From assembly GCA_000091205.1 (NCBI GenBank), contig AP006501.2: a stretch of DNA of 64,000 nucleotides; one strand, given 5' to 3'. The stretch is from Cyanidioschyzon merolae (Eukaryota). Position numbers and translations under genes: made by a program. Positions 54,430 to 64,000 of this stretch are shown in pieces; positions within the stretch are counted from its first letter, which is position 1, and every line of letters starts with the position of its first letter. The notes under the pieces were generated by a model. The model was not told the origin of the DNA, ran no database searches, and saw nothing but the letters and a program-made list of their open reading frames with translations.

Positions 54430-55080
54430 AGGCGTCTCAGGTCTGTGGGGCAATGCGCATTGCCAATACGATCGGGAAAACGAACAATGTCCAGCGACGA
54501 TGCAGGGTACATGAATAGACTCCCGTGGACGGCTTCCAGTCATTTTTGAACGGCCCGATGCCATCGGGTTCAGTTTATCCAGGCACAGTGCGAGTCTGAG
54601 AGGCTGCTTCACAAAGTCGGCTCGCGTCAGCTCCTCAGATCTCGTCTTCAGGACCGCAGCTTGTCTGGTCAAGAGTACGGCGTCAAGGCTCGGGTCACGA
54701 ACGCCATATGTTTCTTGCCTCGCGTTGAACTCAGCCATGGAGGGAGTCCTAGAAAACGTGCCCGCTGTACGACTAGAGTCTCGTCATCGTCTCGTCGGGC
54801 AAACACCTTTTCTAGCCTATCTCCGCTCTTCATCCGCATCACTTGCACTTCTTCGCTCGATCGTCGAGGAGAAGAGTTTTTTGTCGAAACTGACGATGAC
54901 GGTCCTTCAGGATCCCGGATTTCCATCTCCGTACCTTTCTCTTGGGTTTTTTGTTTCCTCAAATGGACACACTTTGAACACATCTGTTATAGACCGCGAA
55001 TATACACTTCATGACACGCACCCGGAAACGGAACACCATTACGGTAAAAGACACCAGCGTACACCGCTGCAGCTACCTTG
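54430..55080 (+). repeat. Dispersed repeat family 2, copy 2
   Basis: The segment gggttcagtttatccaggcacagtgcgagtctgagaggctg...cgtcgggcaaacaccttttctagcctatctccgctcttc...agagttttttgtcgaaactgacgatgacgg aligns with 39250-39900. The ORFs inside it (54661-55014 and 54725-55204) have no counterpart in copy 1. Confidence 0.55.
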
Positions 55081-57087
55081 GCTAGCTATGGAGCCCCAGA
55101 CCGCATCCCGGTATAACCACGTCGCTCTATCCCTGTGCAGCGACATGTGTGATATGAGGTCTCGTTCGAGGGCGTCGCGAATGATCCCGATGACGATGCC
55201 GTAAAGAATTCCACTGGTCGAGAGTCGAGCGAGCCTGCCCGAACAAATGTACTGCGAATCTAAGAACTGGATGAGTCCTTGGGCACTTGTTGCTCTACTT
55301 TGAACATCGAGGTTGTACATAGAAAAAAAGAGGTCGAAAAGAAATCCAAATGCTGGGGCAGAGCGAGCAGCTCGTTATCCCGTTCTAATCTGACACGAAC
55401 GCAGATACATCACAGGTGTCGGTGATCCGGTCGAGGACGTCAGCGCTTCCGGAGCCTCGACACAGCGCCACGTTCAGCGACCCCGTGTTCCTTTACAATG
55501 GAGACGTTTTTCATGTATCCGCTGAATCCCTAGATTCCAAATCCATCAAAGTCGGATAGAACCAGATGATTTGCAGTACTCGGGATGGCGTCGGCTCAGG
55601 CTTGCCAACACCGCACCTCGTATGGAATGGATGCGCCTCGGCCATGCGACAACCGCGGGCACGCAAGCATACCGCACGACATTCACGTCGACGGACATAA
55701 TACTCGTGAACCAGCCTTTCTCCATGAAGCTGCACCCAATTACGATCGTGTGTATCACGCAAGCATCGATTCGTGCCCGTCTAATGCACCGGTGCAGGGC
55801 AGTGCTGTGTCGTGCGAAGTTCGTGGAAAACGCACCGGCCTCTGGGGTGCTGGTAGCATCCTGCTCTTCGACTGTAGCTTTTGAGAGATGTGCACGTGAT
55901 CGCGCTGGGTCAAGTCGATCCATACCGAGCGCCCGCCCAGGTTTTTCGCGTAGACAGGATCGGGGACCACAGCCATGGATCGATCGATGCGAAGTCGACG
56001 AGATCGCTCCCGAGCTACAGGGACGTGCATCGGGCTTCCTCGACGAGACTTGGCCAGTGCTCGCTGACACATGCTGGAAAACGAAATCCGGGGATCGAAC
56101 CAGCCACTGAGACATACATCGAAAGAGAATGGAAAAACTGCGAATCCACGAGCGGCCCTATGTCGGAATGCTCCCGTCAGAAGCGGCAAGGACAGCGCTG
56201 TGACGCATCCGTCACGATCCAGATCTCGACACGCTGACCGCGGCTCCAGCGCATCTGACACAAGATACCCTAATTCATGCCGAGCTTCCAAACGCTGATG
56301 TACTTTCTTCGAACGAGTCCTCCGTGAATTCATCGTTGTCATGCCGCTCCGATCGAAGCAGACGCAGGTTTGCATGCAGATCTTGTTCGGTAGGAGCGCG
56401 AGTCCCATTGGCGTGCCGACGGCCGATCAAGCATCGATGGTGCCTCCCAAACCCCGTGCAACGTGAATCACGCCTCTAATAAACACCCTCAAGGATAGAA
56501 ACAAGCTGTTCTGCCTCCGTGCTGCGTCCGCAATGGCGCGATAAGCGTCGCAGAGAGCGCGCGCGCACACACACACACTCCACACACCAGACTCGGCATC
56601 CGGATGATTGTATCAATCATCCAGGATTCCCAATCGAATCTACGGGTGCTGTTGACCGATGGAATGGAACGTTACAGTGCGACATGATGGACGCTTCCCC
56701 GGATGCGCTGGACCATTCGTAGCACTGGGTATTCCCTGGTCCTTGGAGACGATCCGTCGATCAGCTGTTGGAAACGAACGTCTACCTAGCGGGTATCGCG
56801 ATGCCGGACGTTATCGTCAGCGATCCGCAGCGGTGGCGGCAGGCGCCAGGGCGCCCCGCGCGCTGGCATGTCCGCATTGTCGCAGGTTACGTAGCCGTAG
56901 CCTGTTTTTTACCGAAGAACGGACGACCTGTGCGAACATCCTCAAGTTGCTAACGCTGAAACGTTTGTTCGTGAACGCTTGGCAACTCCTTGTGTCCGGG
57001 GACAAGTATTTCGGTTAGGGGAGCAGGATACCGGGGGTTAGCGAGCGTTCTGAATACGACGACACACAGCCCGGAGAGTCATAGAGG

Positions 57088-60000
57088 TTGCTCTTCGTGC
57101 TTCGCTTGGGAGGGTGGCTAGCGCTGCCTCCGGACAGGACGAGTACTCCGGTCCAACTTCAGCAAACCGGAAACCGAACAGCGATGGACCCACAGCGACG
57201 TACGAAGGGTCTTTCCCGACGTTCTGCCGCAGAGCGCATCCTCCGCCTAGGGACGCAGTCGCTTGGGGAGAACGGGAGCTCGGAACGCATCCACGAAACG
57301 GGGGCAATGACTGAAACGACCGGTGCGCTGTCAGGTGCTCGTTCCAGGCGAGCGCCGGGGACTGCCACTTCTTGGCAAGGCCCACGCGCCGGGCGGTATC
57401 TGCCACCTGGCGTGGACGTGGACGGTCTGGGTGCGCTTCCGCACGAGAGCCTCTCGCCGCTCACTGTGGAGAAAACAGCACTTGAGACACCGACGCCCGC
57501 TGACCTGAAGCAAAACGGCGCACTCGCGTTCGCTAACGACGAGCAGGTTTCCATCAACTTGCCGGAAAAGAACGAACCATCTGGTGATCCAGGCCCGGAG
57601 GCGTACTCCAAAGCGTCTACCCTACAGACCTTGCGGCAGCGCTGGTTCGTGAAAGCACCGCCCCGGCCACGCACCATATACCTGGAGAGTGGTACCACTA
57701 ATCCCAGCAAGCGTCGTTTTCCTGACAATGCAGTGCGGAACTCCAAATACAATGCGCTAACATTCTTTCCGCGGGCATTGTACGAGGAGTTTCGAATGTT
57801 TTACAATATATTCTTCCTGCTTATCGCGATTTCGCAGCTCATCCCCGCGTTGCGCGTCGGCTACCTGGTTACCTACATTGGACCGCTTGCCTTTGTGCTG
57901 GCGGTGTCCATGAGTAAATCCGCCGTGGACGACATCCTCCGCCGCCGCCGGGATCACGAAGTCAATCGTCAGGTCTACGAGAAGCTCGTAGCTGGCGGCA
58001 ATGGTGCTGTGGAGCGACGCACAACCCGCGCCTGCGATCTACGCGTCGGTGACCTCATCGTGCTGTCGAAGGACCAGCGCGTCCCAGCGGACTGTATCCT
58101 CATGAGGGCATCTCCGGATCCGAACGGAACTGTTTTTCTCCGCACAGACCATTTGGACGGGGAAACAGATTGGAAGCTGCGCCGCGCCGCCCATTCGACG
58201 CAGTTGCTTCCCAGTGACGAGAGCCTCGTCGGGTTACAAGCCTCGGTTTGGGCAGAGGCACCGCGCAAGGAGATCTACGAGTTTCACGGTAACTTGTACC
58301 TGCAGAATGGAACGATCGAACCCCTTGGTCTGGAAAATACGCTCTGGGCAAGCACGGTGCTCGCTAGCGGGAATGCGATCGCGCTGGTGATCTACACCGG
58401 CGCGGAGACGCGTTCGATGATGAACATGACGGAGCCGCCATCCAAAGTGGGTCTGCTCGATGAAGAAATCAATTTTCTGAGCAAACTGCTTTTCTTATTG
58501 CTCTTCTCAATGGCGTTTATTCTGCTCTGTTTCAAGGGCTTTGGTCGTCACTGGTTTCTCTACCTGCTGCGCTACCTACTGCTGCTGGCGTCGATCATTC
58601 CGATTTCGATGCGCATCAATTTGGATTTAGCGAAATATGTGTACAAATTTGTAATTGAACGAGATCATGCCATGCCCGGTGCCGTGGTGCGCAACTCGGA
58701 TATCCCCGAGGAGCTCGGTCGCCTGGACTTCATCCTCACAGATAAGACCGGAACACTCACGAAGAATGAGATGGTTTTCAAGAAAATTCATTTTGGGTCC
58801 ATGTTATTCGGGCGAGAGGCCATGGACGACCTGAAAACGTATGTGGAACGCGCGTTCGACGGCGGCAAAGAGTCGCTCGATCGCGAGATCCGCGAGTCTA
58901 TGCTCGCGATCGCCCTGGCTCACAACGTGACCCCAGTTGATAACGATTTTCAGGCTGCATCACCGGATGAGGTTGCCTTGGTTCAGTTCGCAAACGCGAC
59001 TGGGGTGCAGCTCATCGAGCATACACCGACCCGGATTCGCTTGCGCGTTCCTGGTGGTGGCATTGCAACATTCGAGATTCTGGTTGAGTTTCCGTTCACC
59101 TCGGTGGCCAAACGCATGGGTATTGTGGTGCATGGACCGCAGGAGCCTAATGTGCCGATTCCGCGGCGCATTATGTTCTTTGTGAAAGGTGCCGATTCTA
59201 TCATCGGTCGAATGGTGCGAGCGAATGACTGGCTCGATGAAGAGTGCGGGAACATGGCTCGGGAGGGTCTACGCACACTCGTCTACGCCATGCGGTATCT
59301 GACAGAACCCGAATATCGGGAGTTCGCTGAGCTGTATGGAGCGGCGCGTGCGCGCACCCAGGGGCGTACCGAGGCCATGGCCGCCGCCCAGGCGCGTCTG
59401 GAACGCGATCTGAAGCTGCTCTGTATCACCGGTGTCGAGGACACGCTGCAGGATGGTGTGAAGGCGACCCTGGAACAACTGCGCCAAGCAGAATTCCATA
59501 TTTGGATGCTCACCGGTGACAAGGTCGAGACCGCCAAATGCATCGGTACCAGCAGTCGCCTAGTCGGTCGGAATCAGCGCACGTTCACGATAAGCGGCGT
59601 CGAGAGCCGTACCGTTGCCTCCCGACAACTCGCACAGTTCAAGCGTCGCCAGAATGAGGTGCTCGTGATCGACGGCACCACACTGGATGTCATGTTGCAC
59701 CATTTCCCCGAGGATTTCATTCAGGTGGCGGGCAAAGCGCCGGCCGTTATCGCATGTCGCTGTTCGCCGACGCAGAAAGGCGAGCTAGCGCGCCTCATCC
59801 GTCGACATCTGGGCAAGCGGGTGCTCGCCATTGGCGACGGCGGCAATGACGTAGCCATGATTCGACGGGCGAACGTGGGTGTCGGGATACCCGGCAAGGA
59901 GGGTCGCCAAGCCAGCATGGCCGCCGACTTTAGCGTTGCACAGTTCTCGCATCTGCCGCGGTTGCTCGTGTGGCACGGCCGCAACTGCTACAAACGCTCG

Positions 60001-60657
60001 GCGTGCTTGGCGCAATTCGTCATTCATCGAGGCCTGATGATCGCGGTGATTCAGATGTGTTTCTCGGCGTTTTTCTATTTCGCGGCAGTTTCCGTTTTCA
60101 ATGGGCTCCTCATGGTCGGCTATGCCACCATCTTCACCATGTTGCCGATATTCTCGCTCATCCTCGACCGAGACGTTCGAGATACGATCGCCATGGCGTA
60201 CCCGGAACTCTACAGCGAGCTCCGGCGCGGGCGTTCTTTGAACGTGCGCACGTTTCTGACCTGGGTTTTGAAAGGGTTTTACAGCGGCACGGCGATTATG
60301 ACATTTGCTGTCTTGGTGCTATGGAACGACGATTTTTTCACCACCGCGAATATTCAAGCGGTGGCATTCACTGCGCTCATAATCTTGGAGCTGCTCATGG
60401 TTGCGAGCGAAATTCACACCTGGCATTATTTGATGCTGCTCAGCGAAGCCTTGAGTCTGCTGTTCTATGCGCTCGCGATCTTTATCCTTACACAGGAGTT
60501 CAATCGCCGGCTCGTGTTCTCGGTCGGGTTCATCTGGAAGACGGCGGTTATCGTGATCGTTGCTTGGTTGCCCATTGAGCTCGCCAAGCGCATCGATCGC
60601 TGCCTTCGGCCGCCGCGGTACCTCAAAGTCGGCGAAGCGCCCGCGAGTACTGCGTAA
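57088..60657 (+). CDS. P4-type ATPase (phospholipid flippase), Neo1/ATP9 subfamily
   Basis: The segment RFPDNAVRNSKYNALTFFP...LYEEF is present, along with the TDHLDGETDWKLR loop characteristic of Neo1/ATP9. P-type motifs are DKTGTLTKNEM, KGADSII, TGDKVETA and IGDGGNDVAMIRRANVGVGI. Ten TM segments are predicted and the N-terminal start is ambiguous. Confidence 0.9.
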   Translation: MLFVLRLGGWLALPPDRTSTPVQLQQTGNRTAMDPQRRTKGLSRRSAAERILRLGTQSLGENGSSERIHETGAMTETTGALSGARSRRAPGTATSWQGPRAGRYLPPGVDVDGLGALPHESLSPLTVEKTALETPTPADLKQNGALAFANDEQVSINLPEKNEPSGDPGPEAYSKASTLQTLRQRWFVKAPPRPRTIYLESGTTNPSKRRFPDNAVRNSKYNALTFFPRALYEEFRMFYNIFFLLIAISQLIPALRVGYLVTYIGPLAFVLAVSMSKSAVDDILRRRRDHEVNRQVYEKLVAGGNGAVERRTTRACDLRVGDLIVLSKDQRVPADCILMRASPDPNGTVFLRTDHLDGETDWKLRRAAHSTQLLPSDESLVGLQASVWAEAPRKEIYEFHGNLYLQNGTIEPLGLENTLWASTVLASGNAIALVIYTGAETRSMMNMTEPPSKVGLLDEEINFLSKLLFLLLFSMAFILLCFKGFGRHWFLYLLRYLLLLASIIPISMRINLDLAKYVYKFVIERDHAMPGAVVRNSDIPEELGRLDFILTDKTGTLTKNEMVFKKIHFGSMLFGREAMDDLKTYVERAFDGGKESLDREIRESMLAIALAHNVTPVDNDFQAASPDEVALVQFANATGVQLIEHTPTRIRLRVPGGGIATFEILVEFPFTSVAKRMGIVVHGPQEPNVPIPRRIMFFVKGADSIIGRMVRANDWLDEECGNMAREGLRTLVYAMRYLTEPEYREFAELYGAARARTQGRTEAMAAAQARLERDLKLLCITGVEDTLQDGVKATLEQLRQAEFHIWMLTGDKVETAKCIGTSSRLVGRNQRTFTISGVESRTVASRQLAQFKRRQNEVLVIDGTTLDVMLHHFPEDFIQVAGKAPAVIACRCSPTQKGELARLIRRHLGKRVLAIGDGGNDVAMIRRANVGVGIPGKEGRQASMAADFSVAQFSHLPRLLVWHGRNCYKRSACLAQFVIHRGLMIAVIQMCFSAFFYFAAVSVFNGLLMVGYATIFTMLPIFSLILDRDVRDTIAMAYPELYSELRRGRSLNVRTFLTWVLKGFYSGTAIMTFAVLVLWNDDFFTTANIQAVAFTALIILELLMVASEIHTWHYLMLLSEALSLLFYALAIFILTQEFNRRLVFSVGFIWKTAVIVIVAWLPIELAKRIDRCLRPPRYLKVGEAPASTA

Positions 60658-60737
60658 CGCCAGCAGTTTGCAGCGACAGCGATAACTGCGACCAGGAGCG
60701 TCGCCCGACGACTCAGACGCTTGGTCGCAAGCACCTG

Positions 60738-61919
60738 CTACCGCGGCGACGGCGCTGGTGGCGGCTCCGAATACGGCAGTGGTGCCGCTGTCGTCGGAGG
60801 CGCCGGTCGCCCGTATGCTGTGTCCGGTCGCGTCAGGTATCGGACCGGAACGGCAATATCCTCGGGGGTATCGAGCTCGAGCTCCTGCTTGCCAGCGTAG
60901 TTTTCTCCGACATCGGCCCGATTCGCGCCGCAACTCCCGGTATCGTCGGCGGGCATCGCCGCCACCCCGGATTCCATCGTAGCGCCTGTCGGTGCTTCCA
61001 GTGCTGCCTTTCGCATGAGGGTCCAGTCGAACGCATTGTCGTCCTGATAGCCTTTGCGCCGATAAAGGTCCCGGAATAGCCTTCGCAGATAATTGTAGTC
61101 GGGCTTGTCCTCAAAGCGCAGTGAGCGGCAGTAGTTCAGATACGTGGCGAACTCGGACGGAAAGCCGCGACACAAGATATCCACAGGGGTGCATATTTTG
61201 CGTTCACTGATTTTTTCGTACTTTTGTTTCTTGGTGGCTGCTTTCAGACCTTGCCACGGCAAGCTGCCTCGATTAAAATACATGAGTACGTAGCCAAGTG
61301 ACTCGAGGTCGTCGCGTCGGCACTGTTCAATGCCAAGGTGCGTGTTGATACTCGCATACCGCGCGGTCCCAGTCAGGTTCTTGTTCTCTCGATACGGAAT
61401 ATGCACAAGCGTACGCGGGTCACGATACTTTTTCGCCAAGCCAAAGTCGATGAGAAATACCACGCTCGAGTCCCGTCGCAGACCCATGAGAAAGTTGTCC
61501 GGTTTGATATCGCGGTGAATGAAGGAGCGACTGTGCACGTACTCGATACGCTGGATCATTTGGTCCGCCAGCATCAACACGGTTTTCAGGGAAAACCGCC
61601 GGTGACAAAAGTTGAAAAGATCTTCCAGCGACGGACCGAGTAACTGCATCGCTAGGATGTTAAAGTCGCCCTCGGTGCCGTACCAGTGAACCTGCGGGAT
61701 CCCGACCGCAGGCTGACCCGTCGCAGGGTTCGTTCCCAGGTAACGGTAGATTTTGCTCTCATAGCTCAGCTGGGGATGCCTTGTTTTCGTCGACTCGAGC
61801 TTTATCGCAACCTCCTCACCAGTGTACACGTTTGTACCGAGGTAGATGTCCCCGAAGGAGCCGGAACCGATTTTGCGGCCGAGCCGCCACTTCCCACCAA
61901 CCCGCAGTTCAACCGACAT
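60738..61919 (-). CDS. Casein kinase I
   Basis: Kinase motifs are [31 protein letters not shown] and [26 protein letters not shown]. The start is taken at [11 protein letters not shown] (complement of 61917-61919); the ORF opens at 62207 through a GT-repeat region. The C-terminus is Pro-rich. Confidence 0.9.
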   Translation of the reverse strand: MSVELRVGGKWRLGRKIGSGSFGDIYLGTNVYTGEEVAIKLESTKTRHPQLSYESKIYRYLGTNPATGQPAVGIPQVHWYGTEGDFNILAMQLLGPSLEDLFNFCHRRFSLKTVLMLADQMIQRIEYVHSRSFIHRDIKPDNFLMGLRRDSSVVFLIDFGLAKKYRDPRTLVHIPYRENKNLTGTARYASINTHLGIEQCRRDDLESLGYVLMYFNRGSLPWQGLKAATKKQKYEKISERKICTPVDILCRGFPSEFATYLNYCRSLRFEDKPDYNYLRRLFRDLYRRKGYQDDNAFDWTLMRKAALEAPTGATMESGVAAMPADDTGSCGANRADVGENYAGKQELELDTPEDIAVPVRYLTRPDTAYGRPAPPTTAAPLPYSEPPPAPSPR

Positions 61920-62043
61920 GATTGCGCCCTTTCCCAGACACCACCAGGTGTTCAGCGAGCACGTGTAGCTTTCCGAGACGTCCTCTCGAACAGGGACGTT
62001 TCTCGCGCTGGACTCGACGCTCGAGCGCTCGCCTCGTATACAG

Positions 62044-62093
62044 GTGCGTGTGCGTATGCGTGTGCGTGCACGTGACTGCGTGTGCGTGTGTGA
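62044..62093. repeat. GT-rich (GTGCGT)-like simple repeat
   Basis: The run gtgcgtgtgcgtatgcgtgtgcgtgcacgtgactgcgtgtgcgtgtgtg lies immediately upstream of the casein kinase I start. Confidence 0.8.
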
Positions 62094-64000
62094 CAACGGG
62101 CGAGCGCGCGATGCGTGCAGGTACGACGTATGCGCCCGCTGGGCATGCAGCAGCAGCGCCGTCGACGTCGACGCCGCTGATGCCGTCGACGGCGACGACG
62201 ACGGCAATGCGGCACGCCTGGCAGCAACGGTCTTGAGACCAAGGCGGTGTACCGCCTGACCCCATGTCCGCGGACTTGTACACGAAGCGGGCTGGGATTA
62301 GAGGCCGGTAACGCCGGCAACCTCAAAAGGCGCCGAAACGCCCTGCAAGTGCCGGCACTGGTGACCGCGGAGCGCCAACTGCCGCTTGGTGTGCTCAATG
62401 ATCCTAACGCTGATGATCCTGCTATTGCAGTTTTCATAGCAGCTCGGCAACCGCGCTTTGGTAAGGAGCAAAATCGTCAAAAGCCGGCAGTGATCGCTGT
62501 CGCTGCGGTTGCCGCATCACCTCTTGGTATCGCGAATGGCGTCCTTGATGCCATTGTCGATGCACTCGTGGACGTCGTTCGACGTCTGGATCCCTCGTTG
62601 CCGTCGACATCGGTCCATGAGCGAGCGATTCGAAGGTCGATGGTTGCAGCGATAGGGCCGAACCCTGCGACTGCAGATTACGGGTTCGTCACGGTTCGTT
62701 CGGATGTGCTGAAAGCGATTTTCTTGCCGTGGGCGGAACGCCCGCATGTCGGCCTGTCACGCCGCTGCTATTTTGTTCAGGATATTCAAAACGATGTGCA
62801 TTCAGTGATTTGTCGGAGCCGACGTACGCGTCTATCCTTTACGGTTTTGGCGCAGCGTCTGACGGGGCGTCACCGGAGCCTGGCGAACCCGTTACCAGCG
62901 ACACGTGAGTCGCACGGTATCCAGTTCCCGTTGCAAGAGTGGCATCTTCGACTCGCGCCTCCTGTTTACGAACGATTGCGCTGCATTGGCGTTGGACAAG
63001 TTGAGTTGACGCGCGTGCTTTTGCCGCGCGTGCCGATCACATCTCGCGAGGATATGCGTCATTTTTCCTACATCGTTTTTGGAGTGATTGAGAGTGTGGG
63101 CGTTGTCTGATGCAATGCAGACCGGGGGTTTCCCCAGCCCTAGTGTGCAACGCGTTCCAAAAGACGTGTTCTGCTTGATGGACACTAAGCGTTTTGATCA
63201 GCGGCCGACTTGTTGCATCGTACGCGAGTCCCGGTGCCAGAGCGGAGGCAGCCTTTTCCGCCAGCCTGTGTCAATGGAGATGTGCTTTAGCGGGCTCGCG
63301 TCTGCTGACCTTGATTCCAGTTTAGTGCGCTTTCGGCATGAGTCTGTGAGCAATTCATCACCGGACGAGATCAAGTGTTTCCCCTGCCTATCCAGCGCTG
63401 CGAGTGATTGCATGCGCAAGTTGCCTCGCGATAGAACAATAGGAGACTTGAAGAACGTCTGCTTCGAGCTTGCGACATGGAAGGAAAACGCAAGAATCGG
63501 GGCCTGTACATATAAATGGGTTTTCATATCGATTACTGTACGAAGCCTTGCACGAGGGCATCGCTCATCATCATCATGATACCAATCACGTAACGTTTCC
63601 CAGCGACAGAGCGTCGAAGGAGCCACTCCGAAAAAATCGGTCTATCATCGTGGAACTAGGCGTGAATCCGTAAATCCTAATTGCTGAACTTGGATTATCA
63701 AGGCTGTCCGAGTATAAAATCAAGTTCCGAAAATCAACGAAAAGCAGGAGTAGAACGAGCAGTCCAGTTATCTCGTTTTATCGGAGCCGCGCGCATGGTG
63801 GATGCGCTTCTGCAGCGTGTTTGCGTTCGGTCCGTTAGCGCGCGTTGCGAGGCTTGCGTTCTGATTTTATGAAAGCTGGTGTTTCTCAGGTTATTGTAGA
63901 TACGTTTGTGGTGGCTTGTCTCGGTCTTGCCGGAGCCATTATTGGTCTGGAGTACGCTTTGGACGGTGACGAAGCCGCCTGCAGCGAACTCACCAACGGC

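Noticed and set aside
57159-57752. 197-aa minus-strand ORF and other short ORFs overlapping the P4-ATPase, and similar ORFs inside FtsZ (28558-29670), the carotenoid oxygenase (31062-31925), the mitochondrial carrier (18659-19027) and the Myb gene
   Set aside because: They are shadow frames of strongly supported genes.
61760-61800. tRNA-like D-arm string agctcagctgggg
   Set aside because: It lies inside the casein kinase I CDS, and no anticodon arm or T-loop (GTTCRANYC) follows. No convincing tRNA was found anywhere in the window by eye.
62247-63110. 287-aa plus-strand ORF and neighbouring ORFs at the 3' end of the window (63198-63626 minus strand)
   Set aside because: No recognisable motif and an Arg/Ala/Val-biased composition typical of GC-rich random frames. 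Left unannotated.
1-64000. Prokaryotic interpretation of the window, suggested by FtsZ, RibD, AI-2E, YtqB-like methyltransferase, DUF1294 and acyl carrier protein
   Set aside because: The same contig encodes eIF5A with its hypusine loop, SPT16, casein kinase I, a P4-ATPase, RAD52, TRAX, TMEM208, a Myb-SHAQKYF factor and a mitochondrial carrier. Genes have eukaryote-style presequences and low-complexity extensions, and there is no operon or Shine-Dalgarno structure.
1-64000. Kinetoplastid (Leishmania-like) origin, suggested by high GC content and intron-less genes
   Set aside because: Coding strand switches every one to three genes instead of forming long unidirectional polycistrons, and FtsZ is absent from trypanosomatids.

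Overview
This 64-kb window looks like gene-dense, GC-rich (about 58-60%) nuclear DNA from an intron-poor eukaryote, not a prokaryote. The evidence is a set of unmistakably eukaryotic housekeeping genes, each present as a single uninterrupted ORF: eIF5A with its hypusine-loop motif, FACT subunit SPT16, casein kinase I, a Neo1/ATP9-type P4-ATPase flippase, RAD52, a translin/TRAX-family protein, a SHAQKYF-class Myb, TMEM208/SND2, and Cgr1/CCDC86. They sit next to organelle-related or bacterial-type genes: an alpha-proteobacterial (mitochondrial-type) FtsZ with an N-terminal presequence, mitochondrial acyl carrier protein, a mitochondrial carrier, a bifunctional RibD deaminase-reductase, an AI-2E family transporter, a YtqB-like SAM methyltransferase, DUF1294, and an RPE65-type carotenoid oxygenase. 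Genes switch strand frequently and sit extremely close: the SPT16 and mitochondrial-carrier stop codons are 1 bp apart. A stramenopile-like protist such as a thraustochytrid is a plausible source, but that is inference only. The main structural findings are a 4-copy dispersed non-coding repeat of roughly 700 bp and a 2-copy repeat of roughly 650 bp. Smaller features are a perfect 40-bp palindrome, a 138-bp tandem duplication upstream of RAD52, several CAG/GT microsatellites, and a 1596-aa low-complexity ORF. No tRNA, rRNA, CRISPR or prokaryotic operon structure was found.
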